46,565 nt of DNA from the NCBI GenBank assembly GCA_964505765.1, contig CAZDJQ010000003.1:1-46565 (forward strand), read 5' to 3'. Positions 7,973-17,360 of this stretch are shown here, piece by piece (position 1 is the stretch's first letter; every line of letters begins with the position of its first letter). The notes under the pieces were generated by a model. That model ran no database searches. It had not been told where the DNA came from and worked only from the letters and a program-made list of their open reading frames with translations. This DNA comes from an uncultured Gammaproteobacteria bacterium (GTDB lineage: Bacteria; Patescibacteriota; Microgenomatia; UBA12405; JAHJSD01). Both the position numbers and the translations under genes were made by a program.

Positions 7973-10570
7973 TTATTTGAGCTCCCTTCCGCAGTTTTTA
8001 CACCACCTCTCACCCGCCGAATTTATGTACCCGCATTTGCAGGTGATGGTGGTTTGCTTTTCCGATGAGATGTCTTCCTTCTTGGTAGAGGAAGTTTGAG
8101 CACGTCTGTCAGCTTTGAGATGTTCCAGCACATCCCAGATTTTTTGTTCTTTGGCTTTGAGTTCTTCTATTTTTTTAAGCTGCTCTTTTTTCCAGAACTC
8201 TCTTTTTTTTTCTGTAAGGTCAGAGGGAGGATAGCCCAGGTCCTCAAGGAGTCGGGTATACTGGTGTCTGACTTTATCGGCCTCAGAGAGGAGTTTTTCC
8301 CTGCTATCAGGTAATTTATCTTGTTTTTGTTCAGGCACTTTTTGTTCAGATGATTCTTTTTCGCTTGATGCTTCCGTGGATTCCTCGGGGAAAGCTTCTT
8401 TGCTTTGAGAAAGAGTGGTAGAGTCGAAACCAATGAGCTCTAATATGTAAAGGTTTCCTCCGGAATCTCCCCCACAAACATTGAGTCCATTCGGACTAAA
8501 GCCAACACAAAGAACCCATCCCAAAGCGGGAAAGGAAACTATTTTCTTTCCGGTCTTTAATTCCCAGAGAATTATGTTTCCATCGTAACTTCCCGTGACA
8601 ATGATGTCCCCATTAGGATTGAATGCGCAGGAATTACATCCTAATGAATGTCCCTTTATAGTTTTTATTTCCTCTCCGACCGAAGCATCCCAGAGTTTGA
8701 GAGTGTTGTCTTCACTTGCTGAGGCTATCATCTCCCCGTCCGGAGAAAATGCACAGGACGTGACCCAACTAGTGTGGCCTTTGAATGTGGTTAACTCTCT
8801 TCCCGATGCTACATCCCAAAGTCCAAGAGTTCCATCATCTCTTCCCGTAACGATGAGCTTTCCATCAGGAGAAAACGCGCAGGAATTAATCGTTCCTGTC
8901 ATACCATGTAAATTCCCCATTACTTTTCCACTCTTTGCATCCCAGATTTTGAGGATCCCGCCACTGCTCCCTGAAACGATGAGTTTTTCGTTTGGCGAAA
9001 AGGCGTAGGAGGTGATGGCGGTGTGGTCTTTGAGTGTCCTCAACTCAAGACCACTCTTTGCGTCCCAGAGTTTGAGAGTTTCGTCGCTGCTTCCTGAGAC
9101 AATAATTTCCCCGTTGGGACTGAAGGAGCAGCAGGAACACGCTTGTGCATGACCTTCTAGAGTTTTTATTTCACTCCCGGCTGCGACATCCCAAAGCTTA
9201 AGGATCTTGTCACTGCCTGCCGAGACAATCAAGCCTCCATCAGGAGAAAACGCGCAGGACTCCACCCAGTCTAAATGGCCTTGAGCGGATGCAGTCTTTT
9301 CAGCTACGGTTAAATTTCTTACAGCTTCGACATCCCAGAGTTTGAGGGTGCTGTCATCACTAGCAGAAATGATTTTTTTTCCATCGGGGAGAAGCACACA
9401 TTTGCAGATAGGGCTTGTGTGGCCTGCGAGCGATGCCGATTCCTTCCCTGTAGCCACATCCCAGAGCTTTATTGTTTTGTCGGCACTTGCCGAGACGATA
9501 CTTTCTCCCTCCGGTAAGAAAGCGCAGAAATTAACCAGATCGGCATGGCCTTTTAAAGTGGCGACCTCTTCTCCACATGCTGCGTCCCAGAGTTTAAGGG
9601 TTTCATCATCACTTGCCGAAACAATGAGCCTCCCATCAGGAGAAAAGGAGATGGAATTCACCGCTTCTTCGTGTCCTTCAAAGGAAGCCAACTCTTTTCC
9701 TGTCTGTATGTTCCAGAGCTTCAGTGTCTCGTCATCACTCGTAGAGAGGAGGAGCTTACCGTCGGGAGAAAAGTTAAAAGAATTGACCGAGTCCTCATGT
9801 CCTTTTAAAGAAGCCAGCTCTTTTCCTGTCTCTGCGTCCCAGAGTTTGAGAGTCTCATCATTGCTTGCCGAAACGATGAGCCTCCCATCAGGAGAAAAGG
9901 CGCAGAAATTAACTGAACCGGTGTGGCCTATGAGCGATGTCGATTGCTTTCCTGTGGATGCATCCCAGAGCTTGAGGGATTTATCAAGGCTTGCAGAGAC
10001 AATCATCTTTCCATCGGGTGAGAAGGCACAGGAATTGACCGGATCTGCGTGACCTATGAGTGCTGCGAATTCACGTCTGGCGGGCACATCCCAGAGTTTG
10101 AGGGTCCTGTCAAGACTCGCCGAAATCAGTTGGTTACCGCTGCGGTTAAAACTTAAGGAAGTGACAGGCCCTTTATGTCCTTTGAGTGTTGCCAACTCAC
10201 GGCCAGTAGCAACATCCCAGAGCTTAAGGGTATTGTCAAGGCTTGCTGAGACGAGATGCTTTCCATCAGAAGAGACTGCACAGGTGCTCAAACTTCTTTT
10301 ATGGCCTTTGAAAGTTAGCAAAAGGGCTCCCGATTCCCGTAACCGGCTGAGAAGGTGGATCCAGGGATTTGCGCCAGGATAAGTCCTTTTTTCCAGCTCA
10401 AAAGATATGATTTTTGAAATTGTTTCTTTCCCGCCGGCAGAATCTTCCCACTGCAAACGGTTGTAGAGCTGCTGCCAGAGCAAGCCAGGATCTTGGGTAA
10501 GATTATGGACTTCTTGTCTTAAAACTTTCAATATAACTTCAAGGATCCTTTGCTGCTCAAAGCGGCTCAT
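7973..10570 (-). CDS. WD40-repeat protein (about 14 repeats) with N-terminal adaptor helix and C-terminal RanBP2-like zinc finger (W1)
   Basis: 865 aa with 42-aa repeats (GH..V.SCAFSPDGK.IVSAS.D.TLKLWD). The N-terminus carries HNLTQDPGLLWQQLYNRLQW. A K/E/S-rich tail ends in CKCGYINSAGERWCKNCG. Confidence 0.92.
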   Translation of the reverse strand: MSRFEQQRILEVILKVLRQEVHNLTQDPGLLWQQLYNRLQWEDSAGGKETISKIISFELEKRTYPGANPWIHLLSRLRESGALLLTFKGHKRSLSTCAVSSDGKHLVSASLDNTLKLWDVATGRELATLKGHKGPVTSLSFNRSGNQLISASLDRTLKLWDVPARREFAALIGHADPVNSCAFSPDGKMIVSASLDKSLKLWDASTGKQSTSLIGHTGSVNFCAFSPDGRLIVSASNDETLKLWDAETGKELASLKGHEDSVNSFNFSPDGKLLLSTSDDETLKLWNIQTGKELASFEGHEEAVNSISFSPDGRLIVSASDDETLKLWDAACGEEVATLKGHADLVNFCAFLPEGESIVSASADKTIKLWDVATGKESASLAGHTSPICKCVLLPDGKKIISASDDSTLKLWDVEAVRNLTVAEKTASAQGHLDWVESCAFSPDGGLIVSAGSDKILKLWDVAAGSEIKTLEGHAQACSCCSFSPNGEIIVSGSSDETLKLWDAKSGLELRTLKDHTAITSYAFSPNEKLIVSGSSGGILKIWDAKSGKVMGNLHGMTGTINSCAFSPDGKLIVTGRDDGTLGLWDVASGRELTTFKGHTSWVTSCAFSPDGEMIASASEDNTLKLWDASVGEEIKTIKGHSLGCNSCAFNPNGDIIVTGSYDGNIILWELKTGKKIVSFPALGWVLCVGFSPNGLNVCGGDSGGNLYILELIGFDSTTLSQSKEAFPEESTEASSEKESSEQKVPEQKQDKLPDSREKLLSEADKVRHQYTRLLEDLGYPPSDLTEKKREFWKKEQLKKIEELKAKEQKIWDVLEHLKADRRAQTSSTKKEDISSEKQTTITCKCGYINSAGERWCKNCGRELK

Positions 10571-10606
10571 AGATGACTCAAATTGAGAAATTTTTATTTT
10601 TATATC

Positions 10607-10966
10607 TTAATCAATGAACTTTATAGAGCCATTATTTTTTATTTTGATCAGGTTTGATTTAACCCCATTTTTTTTTAGGGCATAAAAGAATGTTTTAAAC
10701 CCTTGCTTAAATTTTTTTTCTTGGCCAAATTCAATAACTCCCTTCAATACACTGCTATGGATAAAAAGAATTCTGTTGTATATATCGACAGCTATCGCTA
10801 TTTCTGCCTCCAGAATAGCTATGGCCGCTTTGGCCAATGCTTCAGCACCAATTTTCACATTCCCGGTTGCATAGGTATGTTCTATCAGCCCGCCCTTTTC
10901 GCTTCTTCTATAAATATTAAATACCTTTTCTATTTCAGCCTCATCCGGCCAATGGCCCTTTTTCAT
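10607..10966 (-). CDS. hypothetical protein
   Basis: 119-aa ORF in operon position between the YbjN-TM and WD40 genes. No family recognised. Confidence 0.45.
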   Translation of the reverse strand: MKKGHWPDEAEIEKVFNIYRRSEKGGLIEHTYATGNVKIGAEALAKAAIAILEAEIAIAVDIYNRILFIHSSVLKGVIEFGQEKKFKQGFKTFFYALKKNGVKSNLIKIKNNGSIKFID

Positions 10967-11063
10967 AATCTTATCTCCTTTCTAGTTTACAAAATATTAA
11001 AAATAATCCCTGACATGATACCCAGTCACCTGATTTTCATTGAACATACAGGCAAGCTTCTTA

Positions 11064-11963
11064 TCAACTGCCGCCCTGGGATTTGAACCAGAATTTCATT
11101 CGTTCCTGATCGTCACGGGCTTCCTCAGCAGTCACCCTGGGAAAGATAATTGCGCTGATAATCCGGGCCAGGAATATGCCGATTATGTATCCAATCAAAG
11201 CCGAAAGCCACCACATCCCCCACCATTGGTAGGTAATATAAAGCAGGCCGACGGCAATAATCGGATGGAAGAAAAAGAAAATAATACGTTTGATTTTGTT
11301 AGGTTCAGTTATTATGTCCGGAATAGCCCTTGCCACCATATACTGTACCAAGAGATAGGTAAAAATAGCTAAAGCTAAAGACCTAATTTGTGTATAAGCA
11401 TAGATTCCTGACCCAATACCCACAAAAAATCCAAGAATGGAAAAAGTAATCTTTATCTTTCTGATACGAGCCTTGAGGTCCTTCTTACGGAGCCCTGCGG
11501 TAATCGGACTGAGTGCACCTATATAGCTCCCCCATCTTGCTGCCTTAGGTGTTGACGGCTCAATCACTTCAGAAGAAAAGGTTTCAGCCACTATATCATT
11601 GTATTTGTCAGCCACTTCAGCAACAGTGTTCACTGCTCTTTCAAACTCATTATAGTCAAGGTTATCCAGCGGCCTTTTTATTTGAAGGTCAATTGTTCCA
11701 ACTTCCTCATTTATGGCAAAAGCGGCGTCTTTAGTCTCAGAAAGATTCAGTGTTAGGAGCTTTCTGAAAAGGGGAAGTAAATTCTCTTGGGGAAGATGAA
11801 TCACCGGAGAGGAAACCAACAGCAGGTCTTCATTCGGAATAGCCACAACCGCAACAGGGGCATTGCCTTTCTTCAGCATACGCTTATTATTTTCGTCAAG
11901 TTCTCCCCATCCGCCTTTCTTTAAAAATTTATTGACTTTATCTAGCTGTTTTGAATTTCTCAT
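11064..11963 (-). CDS. YbjN-like domain fused to a C-terminal multi-TM region, paralog 1
   Basis: 299 aa. The N-terminal half is YbjN-like: NAPVAVVAIP...LPLFRKLLTLNLSETKDAAFAINEEVGTIDLQIKRPLDNLDYNEFERAVNTVAEVADKYNDIV. The C-terminal half holds three to four hydrophobic helices. It is a paralog of 42468..43370. Confidence 0.6.
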   Translation of the reverse strand: MRNSKQLDKVNKFLKKGGWGELDENNKRMLKKGNAPVAVVAIPNEDLLLVSSPVIHLPQENLLPLFRKLLTLNLSETKDAAFAINEEVGTIDLQIKRPLDNLDYNEFERAVNTVAEVADKYNDIVAETFSSEVIEPSTPKAARWGSYIGALSPITAGLRKKDLKARIRKIKITFSILGFFVGIGSGIYAYTQIRSLALAIFTYLLVQYMVARAIPDIITEPNKIKRIIFFFFHPIIAVGLLYITYQWWGMWWLSALIGYIIGIFLARIISAIIFPRVTAEEARDDQERMKFWFKSQGGS

Positions 11964-11972
11964 TAATAGATA

Positions 11973-14201
11973 TTAACCTCCTTTGTGTTTATTTGAGTTC
12001 ACACCCACATTTGCGGCACCATTTGGCCGAGGCATCATTAACTGCACCGCAGTCTTCACTCGGACATATCTTTTTGCCTTCTTCTTGGATCGTTGCTCTT
12101 TTTCCTTCTTCTTTCTTTTCTTTTTTACAGGTTTCTTTTTAAAAGTAATTTCATTATCAGAGACACTGATCTTGACCACATCATGCTCGGAAATCTTGCC
12201 CTTGATTATTTCATTGGCCAGAGTCTCCCGTACAAAATCTTCAATTGTCCTTCTTAAGGGACGCGCGCCCATTGTTGGGTCGTAGCGGGCATTGACCAGA
12301 AAATCCAATGCTTTTTTGTCAGCTTCAACCTTAATTGGAATCCTCGATAGCATGACCGAGGCAATGTTTCGCAGATTCTCCTTACTCAGGGGATTGAAGA
12401 TAATAACCTCATCAATCCGGTTCATAAATTCCGGGCTAAGTCTCTTCCTCAATTCCTTTTCTATATCACCGCGGAGGTTGTCTATGGAGACGCCTTTTTC
12501 CCGTTCTTCCTTTGATCTGATATCGACCCCACGGGGTCGATACTCACTTATCCTGTCTGATCCGATATTTGATGTCATAACAACCACGGCATTTCTAAAA
12601 TTAACCGGTCTCCCCAATCCATCTGTTAAACGTCCCTCCTCGAGGATATGGAGCAAGATGCGCAAGACTTCTGGGTGGGCCTTCTCGAGCTCGTCAAAAA
12701 GGACCACGGAATAAGGCTGCTTTTTAACTGCCTCGGTTAATTGTCCCCCCCTATCCGAATCGACGTAGCCTGGGGGGGATCCGGTGAGTCGGGAGATCGT
12801 ATGCTTTTCGTAGAATTCCGACATATCGATTTGAATCAAGCGGTCCTCGTCATCAAAAAGAATCTCTGCCAAGGTTTTGGCTAACTCTGTCTTGCCTACT
12901 CCTGTCGGGCCCAGGAACAGAAATGATCCAATGGGTCTTTTGGGATTGCCAAGCCCGGAGCGAGAGGTCCGGATGGACTGCGCAATTTCCGTTACAGCTT
13001 CATCCTGCCCGACGATTCTCTTCTTAATCAATTTTTCCAGTGCGAGAAGTTTCTCTCCCTCTTTTTCAGTCAGTTTGCCGGCCGGGATGCCGGTCCATTC
13101 AGATACGACCCGGGCTACATCCTCAAACGAGATTAAAATCGATTGATTCGCCTCTGTCGGATTTCCTTCTTCCGAAAATAAAGCCCTTCTCTCTTCCTTG
13201 GTAAGCTCCCCGAGATCGCTCAACCAATAATGAAGCCTCAATTTCTTCTGCGAGCATGCTTGGTCGATAGCATCTATTGCCTTGTCCGGTAAACGCCTAT
13301 CCCCGATGTATCTAGAGGGAAGTTCTACAGCGGACTTTAAAGCCTCCTCTAAAATCTTCACTCTGTGAAGCTCTTCGTATTTTGGCTTGAGACCTTCCAG
13401 AATCTCAAGAGTCTCATCTGTTGTCGGCTCTCCAATAAAAACCGGCTGGAATCGGCGTGCCAAAGCTTTATCTTTCTCGAAATATTTTCGATATTCATCG
13501 TAGGTTGTCGCACCGATACACTTCATGACTCCTCGGGATAAAGCGGGTTTCAGAATATCAGCCGCTCCCATAGCCGCACCTCGAGCCCCCATCAAGGTGT
13601 GAATTTCATCAATAAAAATAATGAGGTTGGGATTTTTTTCCGCCTCTTTGATAAGCTGCTGCCATTTTTTTTCAAACTGGCCCACATACTTGGCTCCGGC
13701 AGCGACCACCGCCACCATTTCGACAGTCCGAATCCTTTTCTCCGACAAAGCAGGAGGGGCCTTTTCAGAGATAATGACCTGTGCCAAACCTTCTACAACC
13801 GCTGTTTTACCTACCCCTGCATCGCCGATCAATATAGGGTTGTTCTTGCGCCTGCCAGAAAGTATCTTCATCATGGTAAGAATTTCGTCCTCGCGGCCAA
13901 TAATGGGATCAAGGGTTCCTTGTTCAGCATCTGCGGTAAGGTCGCGGCCAAGGTTTTTAAGTATGCCTGAGGTTTTATCTATTCCAGGCTGTTCGACCGT
14001 CTTTCGTTCCGCATAAAATTTCTTTGGCCACTCACCCTTCCTCATCATCTCTCTCAGATTCTGAGCCAGTTTATCCAATTCAGCCACACCTAAGAAGAGA
14101 TGGTCGGTTCCGACATAGTCATGCTTTAAATCCCTGGAAATGCGCTCAGAATAAGATAGCACAAGCTTCCCTGATTCGCCAAGGTTGCTGATATTATTCA
14201 T
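11973..14201 (-). CDS. ClpC/ClpA-type double AAA+ unfoldase, paralog 1 (shortened N-domain; zinc finger lies in the -1 frame)
   Basis: D1 has GDAGVGKTAVVEGLAQ and IIFIDEIHTL; D2 has GPTGVGKTELAKTLA and VVLFDELEKAHP. The linker between D1 and D2 is short (ClpC-like, not ClpB-like). It is 742 aa against 868 aa in paralog 2. The last 34 aa or so of the annotated frame are unrelated to paralog 2, and the zinc finger is encoded out of frame (see findings). Confidence 0.88.
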   Translation of the reverse strand: MNNISNLGESGKLVLSYSERISRDLKHDYVGTDHLFLGVAELDKLAQNLREMMRKGEWPKKFYAERKTVEQPGIDKTSGILKNLGRDLTADAEQGTLDPIIGREDEILTMMKILSGRRKNNPILIGDAGVGKTAVVEGLAQVIISEKAPPALSEKRIRTVEMVAVVAAGAKYVGQFEKKWQQLIKEAEKNPNLIIFIDEIHTLMGARGAAMGAADILKPALSRGVMKCIGATTYDEYRKYFEKDKALARRFQPVFIGEPTTDETLEILEGLKPKYEELHRVKILEEALKSAVELPSRYIGDRRLPDKAIDAIDQACSQKKLRLHYWLSDLGELTKEERRALFSEEGNPTEANQSILISFEDVARVVSEWTGIPAGKLTEKEGEKLLALEKLIKKRIVGQDEAVTEIAQSIRTSRSGLGNPKRPIGSFLFLGPTGVGKTELAKTLAEILFDDEDRLIQIDMSEFYEKHTISRLTGSPPGYVDSDRGGQLTEAVKKQPYSVVLFDELEKAHPEVLRILLHILEEGRLTDGLGRPVNFRNAVVVMTSNIGSDRISEYRPRGVDIRSKEEREKGVSIDNLRGDIEKELRKRLSPEFMNRIDEVIIFNPLSKENLRNIASVMLSRIPIKVEADKKALDFLVNARYDPTMGARPLRRTIEDFVRETLANEIIKGKISEHDVVKISVSDNEITFKKKPVKKKRKKKEKEQRSKKKAKRYVRVKTAVQLMMPRPNGAANVGVNSNKHKGG

Positions 14202-14405
14202 AATTCTACCCTAAGACAGGCCGTATTGAAAAGTCTAAAATTAATAGAGTTCAATGCAATGATTAACAGAATAATCTTATTAACTTATCTTTGTTAAATT
14301 CTAAAACAGATACAATGAAATGTCAAAGATCCCCTCGACAGTTTGCCTGATTGAAGCTCATCCGCAGTCGTCCGTGTCACTAATGTATTGAACGAGTACA
14401 AACTT

Positions 14406-14434
14406 TTGACAACACTTTTTATAAACTATATAAT
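14406..14434 (+). promoter_or_regulatory. sigma70-type consensus promoter for the TerB-like gene
   Basis: TTGACA (14406-14411), a 17-nt spacer, then TATAAT (14429-14434). It sits about 77 nt upstream of the ATG at 14511, which has AAGGAG upstream. Confidence 0.5.
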
Positions 14435-14510
14435 GATACAAAAAGGGAAGTATTAATCTAATTTAACCAATTTAGCTTAATTTTCTCAAATTATTTTAAG
14501 GAGATATTTT

Positions 14511-14933
14511 ATGGGTATATTTGAAGGCAAGGAAACAAAAAAAAGAAAGAGTCATTTCAAGAACTTAGTGGCATTATCAATGGCTGATGGAGTTCTTAGA
14601 GAAAGTGAAATTAAATTGCTTTCTCTTATAGGCAGCCGCTTGAATTTATCCAAAAAAGAAATCAAATCTGTTTTTCAAAATCCAAGTAAAATACAGTACA
14701 ATCGTCCAACTGATTCAAAGGAAAGATTTTCCCAGCTTTTTGACTTAATCGCATTGATGATGGTGGATGGTAATATCGACAGACGGGAAATGGATTTTTG
14801 TATGACCGTTGCTTCTTCTTTGGGATTTAGACCGACTGCTGTTCAAGAATTAGTGGATAAAATCGTTAAGGCCATAAAGGATTCTGTCCCTAAAGAAAAG
14901 TTGAGAACCGAAATGTCTGATTTCCTAGACTAG
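14511..14933 (+). CDS. TerB-like (tellurite-resistance TerB / DjlA N-terminal type) domain protein
   Basis: 140 aa with two ADG/VDG...E repeats (ALSMADGVLRESEIKLL and ALMMVDGNIDRREMDF), typical of TerB-family helical bundles. Confidence 0.55.
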   Translation: MGIFEGKETKKRKSHFKNLVALSMADGVLRESEIKLLSLIGSRLNLSKKEIKSVFQNPSKIQYNRPTDSKERFSQLFDLIALMMVDGNIDRREMDFCMTVASSLGFRPTAVQELVDKIVKAIKDSVPKEKLRTEMSDFLD

Positions 14934-15080
14934 GATTCATTCTGCTCGTTGCGTTTTAACCTCCCAAAGATTTCTTCATGGAATCATTCTATCTACTAAA
15001 AAAAAGATTCAATTCATTTGATCCAGTGTTCAGCTTTCACCAAAAGATTGAATGTTTTGATTTTGCAGTTTTATCAGCAC

Positions 15081-16247
15081 TTATTTCAAAGAGATTGAAT
15101 TTTCGGCGATTTTTTCCATTTTTTTATCAGAAGGTTCATTAACAGCTATGATGTAAATTTTGTCGTTCTGTTTTAAAATATAGTCTTCAGGATAGTCCTT
15201 CTTCTGTGGATTGATTATCCAATTTTCTTTCATTTTCATCTCAGGCTTTCCATCTTTATCCAATATTGCATTCCCGAATTCGTCCATTTTGGGGACTTCT
15301 ATTTTGGTTTCCACGGCTATAAGAGTCATGTCTTCATCATGGAGGATTTTGGCAGCTTTCCTAAAACCCATGTTCACAAATCCCTTTGGCACGGACTTTT
15401 TATAGAATTCGCTACCAGAAGTGAACTCCAATAGTTCGTTAAGTATCCAAGAAAGGCCATGATTCAGTGCAGAGGCGACCATCAAATTTCCGCTCATGCG
15501 GTCTAAGCAAATATACTCATCGACTTGAGCATGTTCCAGATGCTTTTTGTATTCAGAGTTCAAGAGCTGGACACATGTATAGACATCCCGGCGCAAAGCT
15601 TCGACGGCGAGTGTCATCAGAACAGCCTGGGCATCAGGATTGATTCCAGCCTGAAACCCAGGTCCGATCTGTGATAAAATAATAGCTGTATTTGCTTTCA
15701 TTATACCAGCTCTTTTTAAGTCTTCCTCTTTAGTGGGGTCCCCGGAAATAAAATCCACTATGTCCTCATCGACAGGTTTTTTATCCAAATCTGCCAGTAT
15801 AACGATGGGGCGTCTTTGTTCGATATCTGAAGTTAGAAGCTGTTTGATTATATTTTTACCTTGAATATTCCAACCACAAATAATGATGTGATTTTTATAG
15901 CTTACCTTCTTCATTATTCTTCCCTCCCTTAGAGATAAATTGACAAACCAAGAGACTATTTTGGCTCCAATAATAGTAATAAAGACAACTCCAGCAATTA
16001 AACCAACTGCACCAGTAAACTTGGCCAGACCGCTTTGCCATTCTAAACTCCCGAGTTCTCCTAGGAACAATGGTAAAACATCCGTAAGGCCTTCGAAGAT
16101 AGTGACATTCATTTCAATAGCTAAGATTAAGGCACATAACAACATCAAACCGACGGAAACGATCAGAGAAATCCAGACTGGATACCTGTATATTTTATTA
16201 ACCAGGATCCTTAACGCTTTTCTTAAATCTATACGCCGAGAACTCAA
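15081..16247 (-). CDS. CASTOR/POLLUX-like membrane protein with RCK (TrkA-N type) domain
   Basis: N-terminal TM helices are followed by HIIICGWNIQGKNIIKQL...PIVILADLD...ISGDPTKEEDLKRAGI, an RCK Rossmann domain with ICGW as in CASTOR/POLLUX. No TVGYG-type K+ filter was seen. Confidence 0.65.
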   Translation of the reverse strand: MSSRRIDLRKALRILVNKIYRYPVWISLIVSVGLMLLCALILAIEMNVTIFEGLTDVLPLFLGELGSLEWQSGLAKFTGAVGLIAGVVFITIIGAKIVSWFVNLSLREGRIMKKVSYKNHIIICGWNIQGKNIIKQLLTSDIEQRRPIVILADLDKKPVDEDIVDFISGDPTKEEDLKRAGIMKANTAIILSQIGPGFQAGINPDAQAVLMTLAVEALRRDVYTCVQLLNSEYKKHLEHAQVDEYICLDRMSGNLMVASALNHGLSWILNELLEFTSGSEFYKKSVPKGFVNMGFRKAAKILHDEDMTLIAVETKIEVPKMDEFGNAILDKDGKPEMKMKENWIINPQKKDYPEDYILKQNDKIYIIAVNEPSDKKMEKIAENSISLK

Positions 16248-16265
16248 GGTGATCCTCCGTTAAAT

Positions 16266-17360
16266 TTAAAATATGAAGTTTCTAACCTGAAATAAGATAA
16301 AAATCCCAAGGATGAAAACCACAATGATGGTTATGGTGTCCCAGCTCATATAGAAATAGACTTTTTTTGGTCTGTGAATCAACCCGATGATAACCAAACT
16401 GGTAAGGATTATGCCTAAAACAGCCGTGAGAACATGAACTGGAGAAACGCTTAGAAAAATATTGCCTCCTCTGAAGAAAAAATCGCTGATGGGAATGATG
16501 AACATATTAAGTATATTGCTGCCGAGAATGTTGCAGACAGCCATGTCAAAAGCCCCAATTTTGACAGCCCCAGCTGTGACTGCGACTTCCGGCAACGAGG
16601 TTACGAAAGCGAGGAAAAGACTGCCCACAAATGTGGCCCCCAAATCGACTCGTAAGTTAAACAGATAAAAAGGACTTGAAAGTGAGTCACCGATTTCTAC
16701 CAACCAAATCCCCGCTAAGACAACGATAACCGCAAATATAAAAAAAATACTAATGATCTTGAAATTCGACATTTTCGAGACATCATTCGTTTCCGTTTTT
16801 GCCGTCTTCTGCCTGCCAGAACGTTCTGTTTCTGTAATTTTAGAAGTTTTTCTTCCTAATTTTGTGATCAGAAATACGGCTGCCAGGTATATACTAAATA
16901 TGAGAAAACTGCAAAAGTAACCCAACCCTTCTCCAAACAATCCGATTACCTTAACTAAAATAATGGCTGCAATCACTATGCTCATTAATAGAATACCAAA
17001 TCCAGCGGTTAGAATATTTTCTATTCTCACATGGGCCAAGATGTGTTCCCTCTTTTGGAGTATATCTAAGATAGCAATGATAACCAAATTAAAAACATTG
17101 CTGCCTAAGACATTGCCTAGGGCAAGGTCCGGCTGAAGGGCTATAGTAACCGCCCCGATGTTGGTCGCTAGCTCAGGTAAAGAGGTGAGCATGGCCAATA
17201 TCACGATGCCGATCCATATTTGTCCCAAACCGGTCCTTTTTCCTATCTCATCTCCGTAGAGCGATATTTTGAAACCAGCAAAAAAGATGACGGAAGCACA
17301 CAAGAGAAACTCTAGAATCAGCCATATACCGCCTTCGCCAAATAACATCCTTAAGAACAT
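16266..17360 (-). CDS. CaCA-family cation/Ca2+ exchanger (YrbG-like)
   Basis: Two alpha-repeats: TSLPELATNIGAV...GNVLGSNVFNL and TSLPEVAVTAGAV...CNILGSNILNMF. About 10 TM helices surround a charged central loop. Confidence 0.85.
   Translation of the reverse strand: MFLRMLFGEGGIWLILEFLLCASVIFFAGFKISLYGDEIGKRTGLGQIWIGIVILAMLTSLPELATNIGAVTIALQPDLALGNVLGSNVFNLVIIAILDILQKREHILAHVRIENILTAGFGILLMSIVIAAIILVKVIGLFGEGLGYFCSFLIFSIYLAAVFLITKLGRKTSKITETERSGRQKTAKTETNDVSKMSNFKIISIFFIFAVIVVLAGIWLVEIGDSLSSPFYLFNLRVDLGATFVGSLFLAFVTSLPEVAVTAGAVKIGAFDMAVCNILGSNILNMFIIPISDFFFRGGNIFLSVSPVHVLTAVLGIILTSLVIIGLIHRPKKVYFYMSWDTITIIVVFILGIFILFQVRNFIF

Noticed and set aside
8595-10382. Long plus-strand ORFs (8595..9008, 9342..10052, 10056..10382) antisense to W1, with their own repetitive peptides (SQSLRVLSSLAE...)
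   Set aside because: They mirror the 126-bp periodicity of the WD40 codons on the opposite strand. The stop-free antisense frames are a by-product of the repeat composition. The minus-strand product has unmistakable WD40 motifs.
12292-14016. Several plus-strand ORFs of 120-140 aa inside the ClpC-like genes (12292..12714, 13599..13970, 13621..14016; likewise 43386..43814 and 43860..44180)
   Set aside because: They are antisense to strongly supported AAA+ coding sequence and have serine- and low-complexity-rich translations with no motifs.
11973-14201. Calling the AAA+ proteins ClpB disaggregases
   Set aside because: The segment between D1 and the start of D2 is only about 55 residues, too short for the long ClpB coiled-coil M-domain. 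The genes are also linked to ClpP paralogs. ClpC/ClpA-like is the better description, although ClpP docking remains unproven.
15081-16247. Annotating the RCK membrane proteins (also 32516..34324) as potassium channels
   Set aside because: Neither has a TVGYG-type selectivity filter in the pore-loop position. Ion specificity, and even channel function, cannot be inferred from the sequence.
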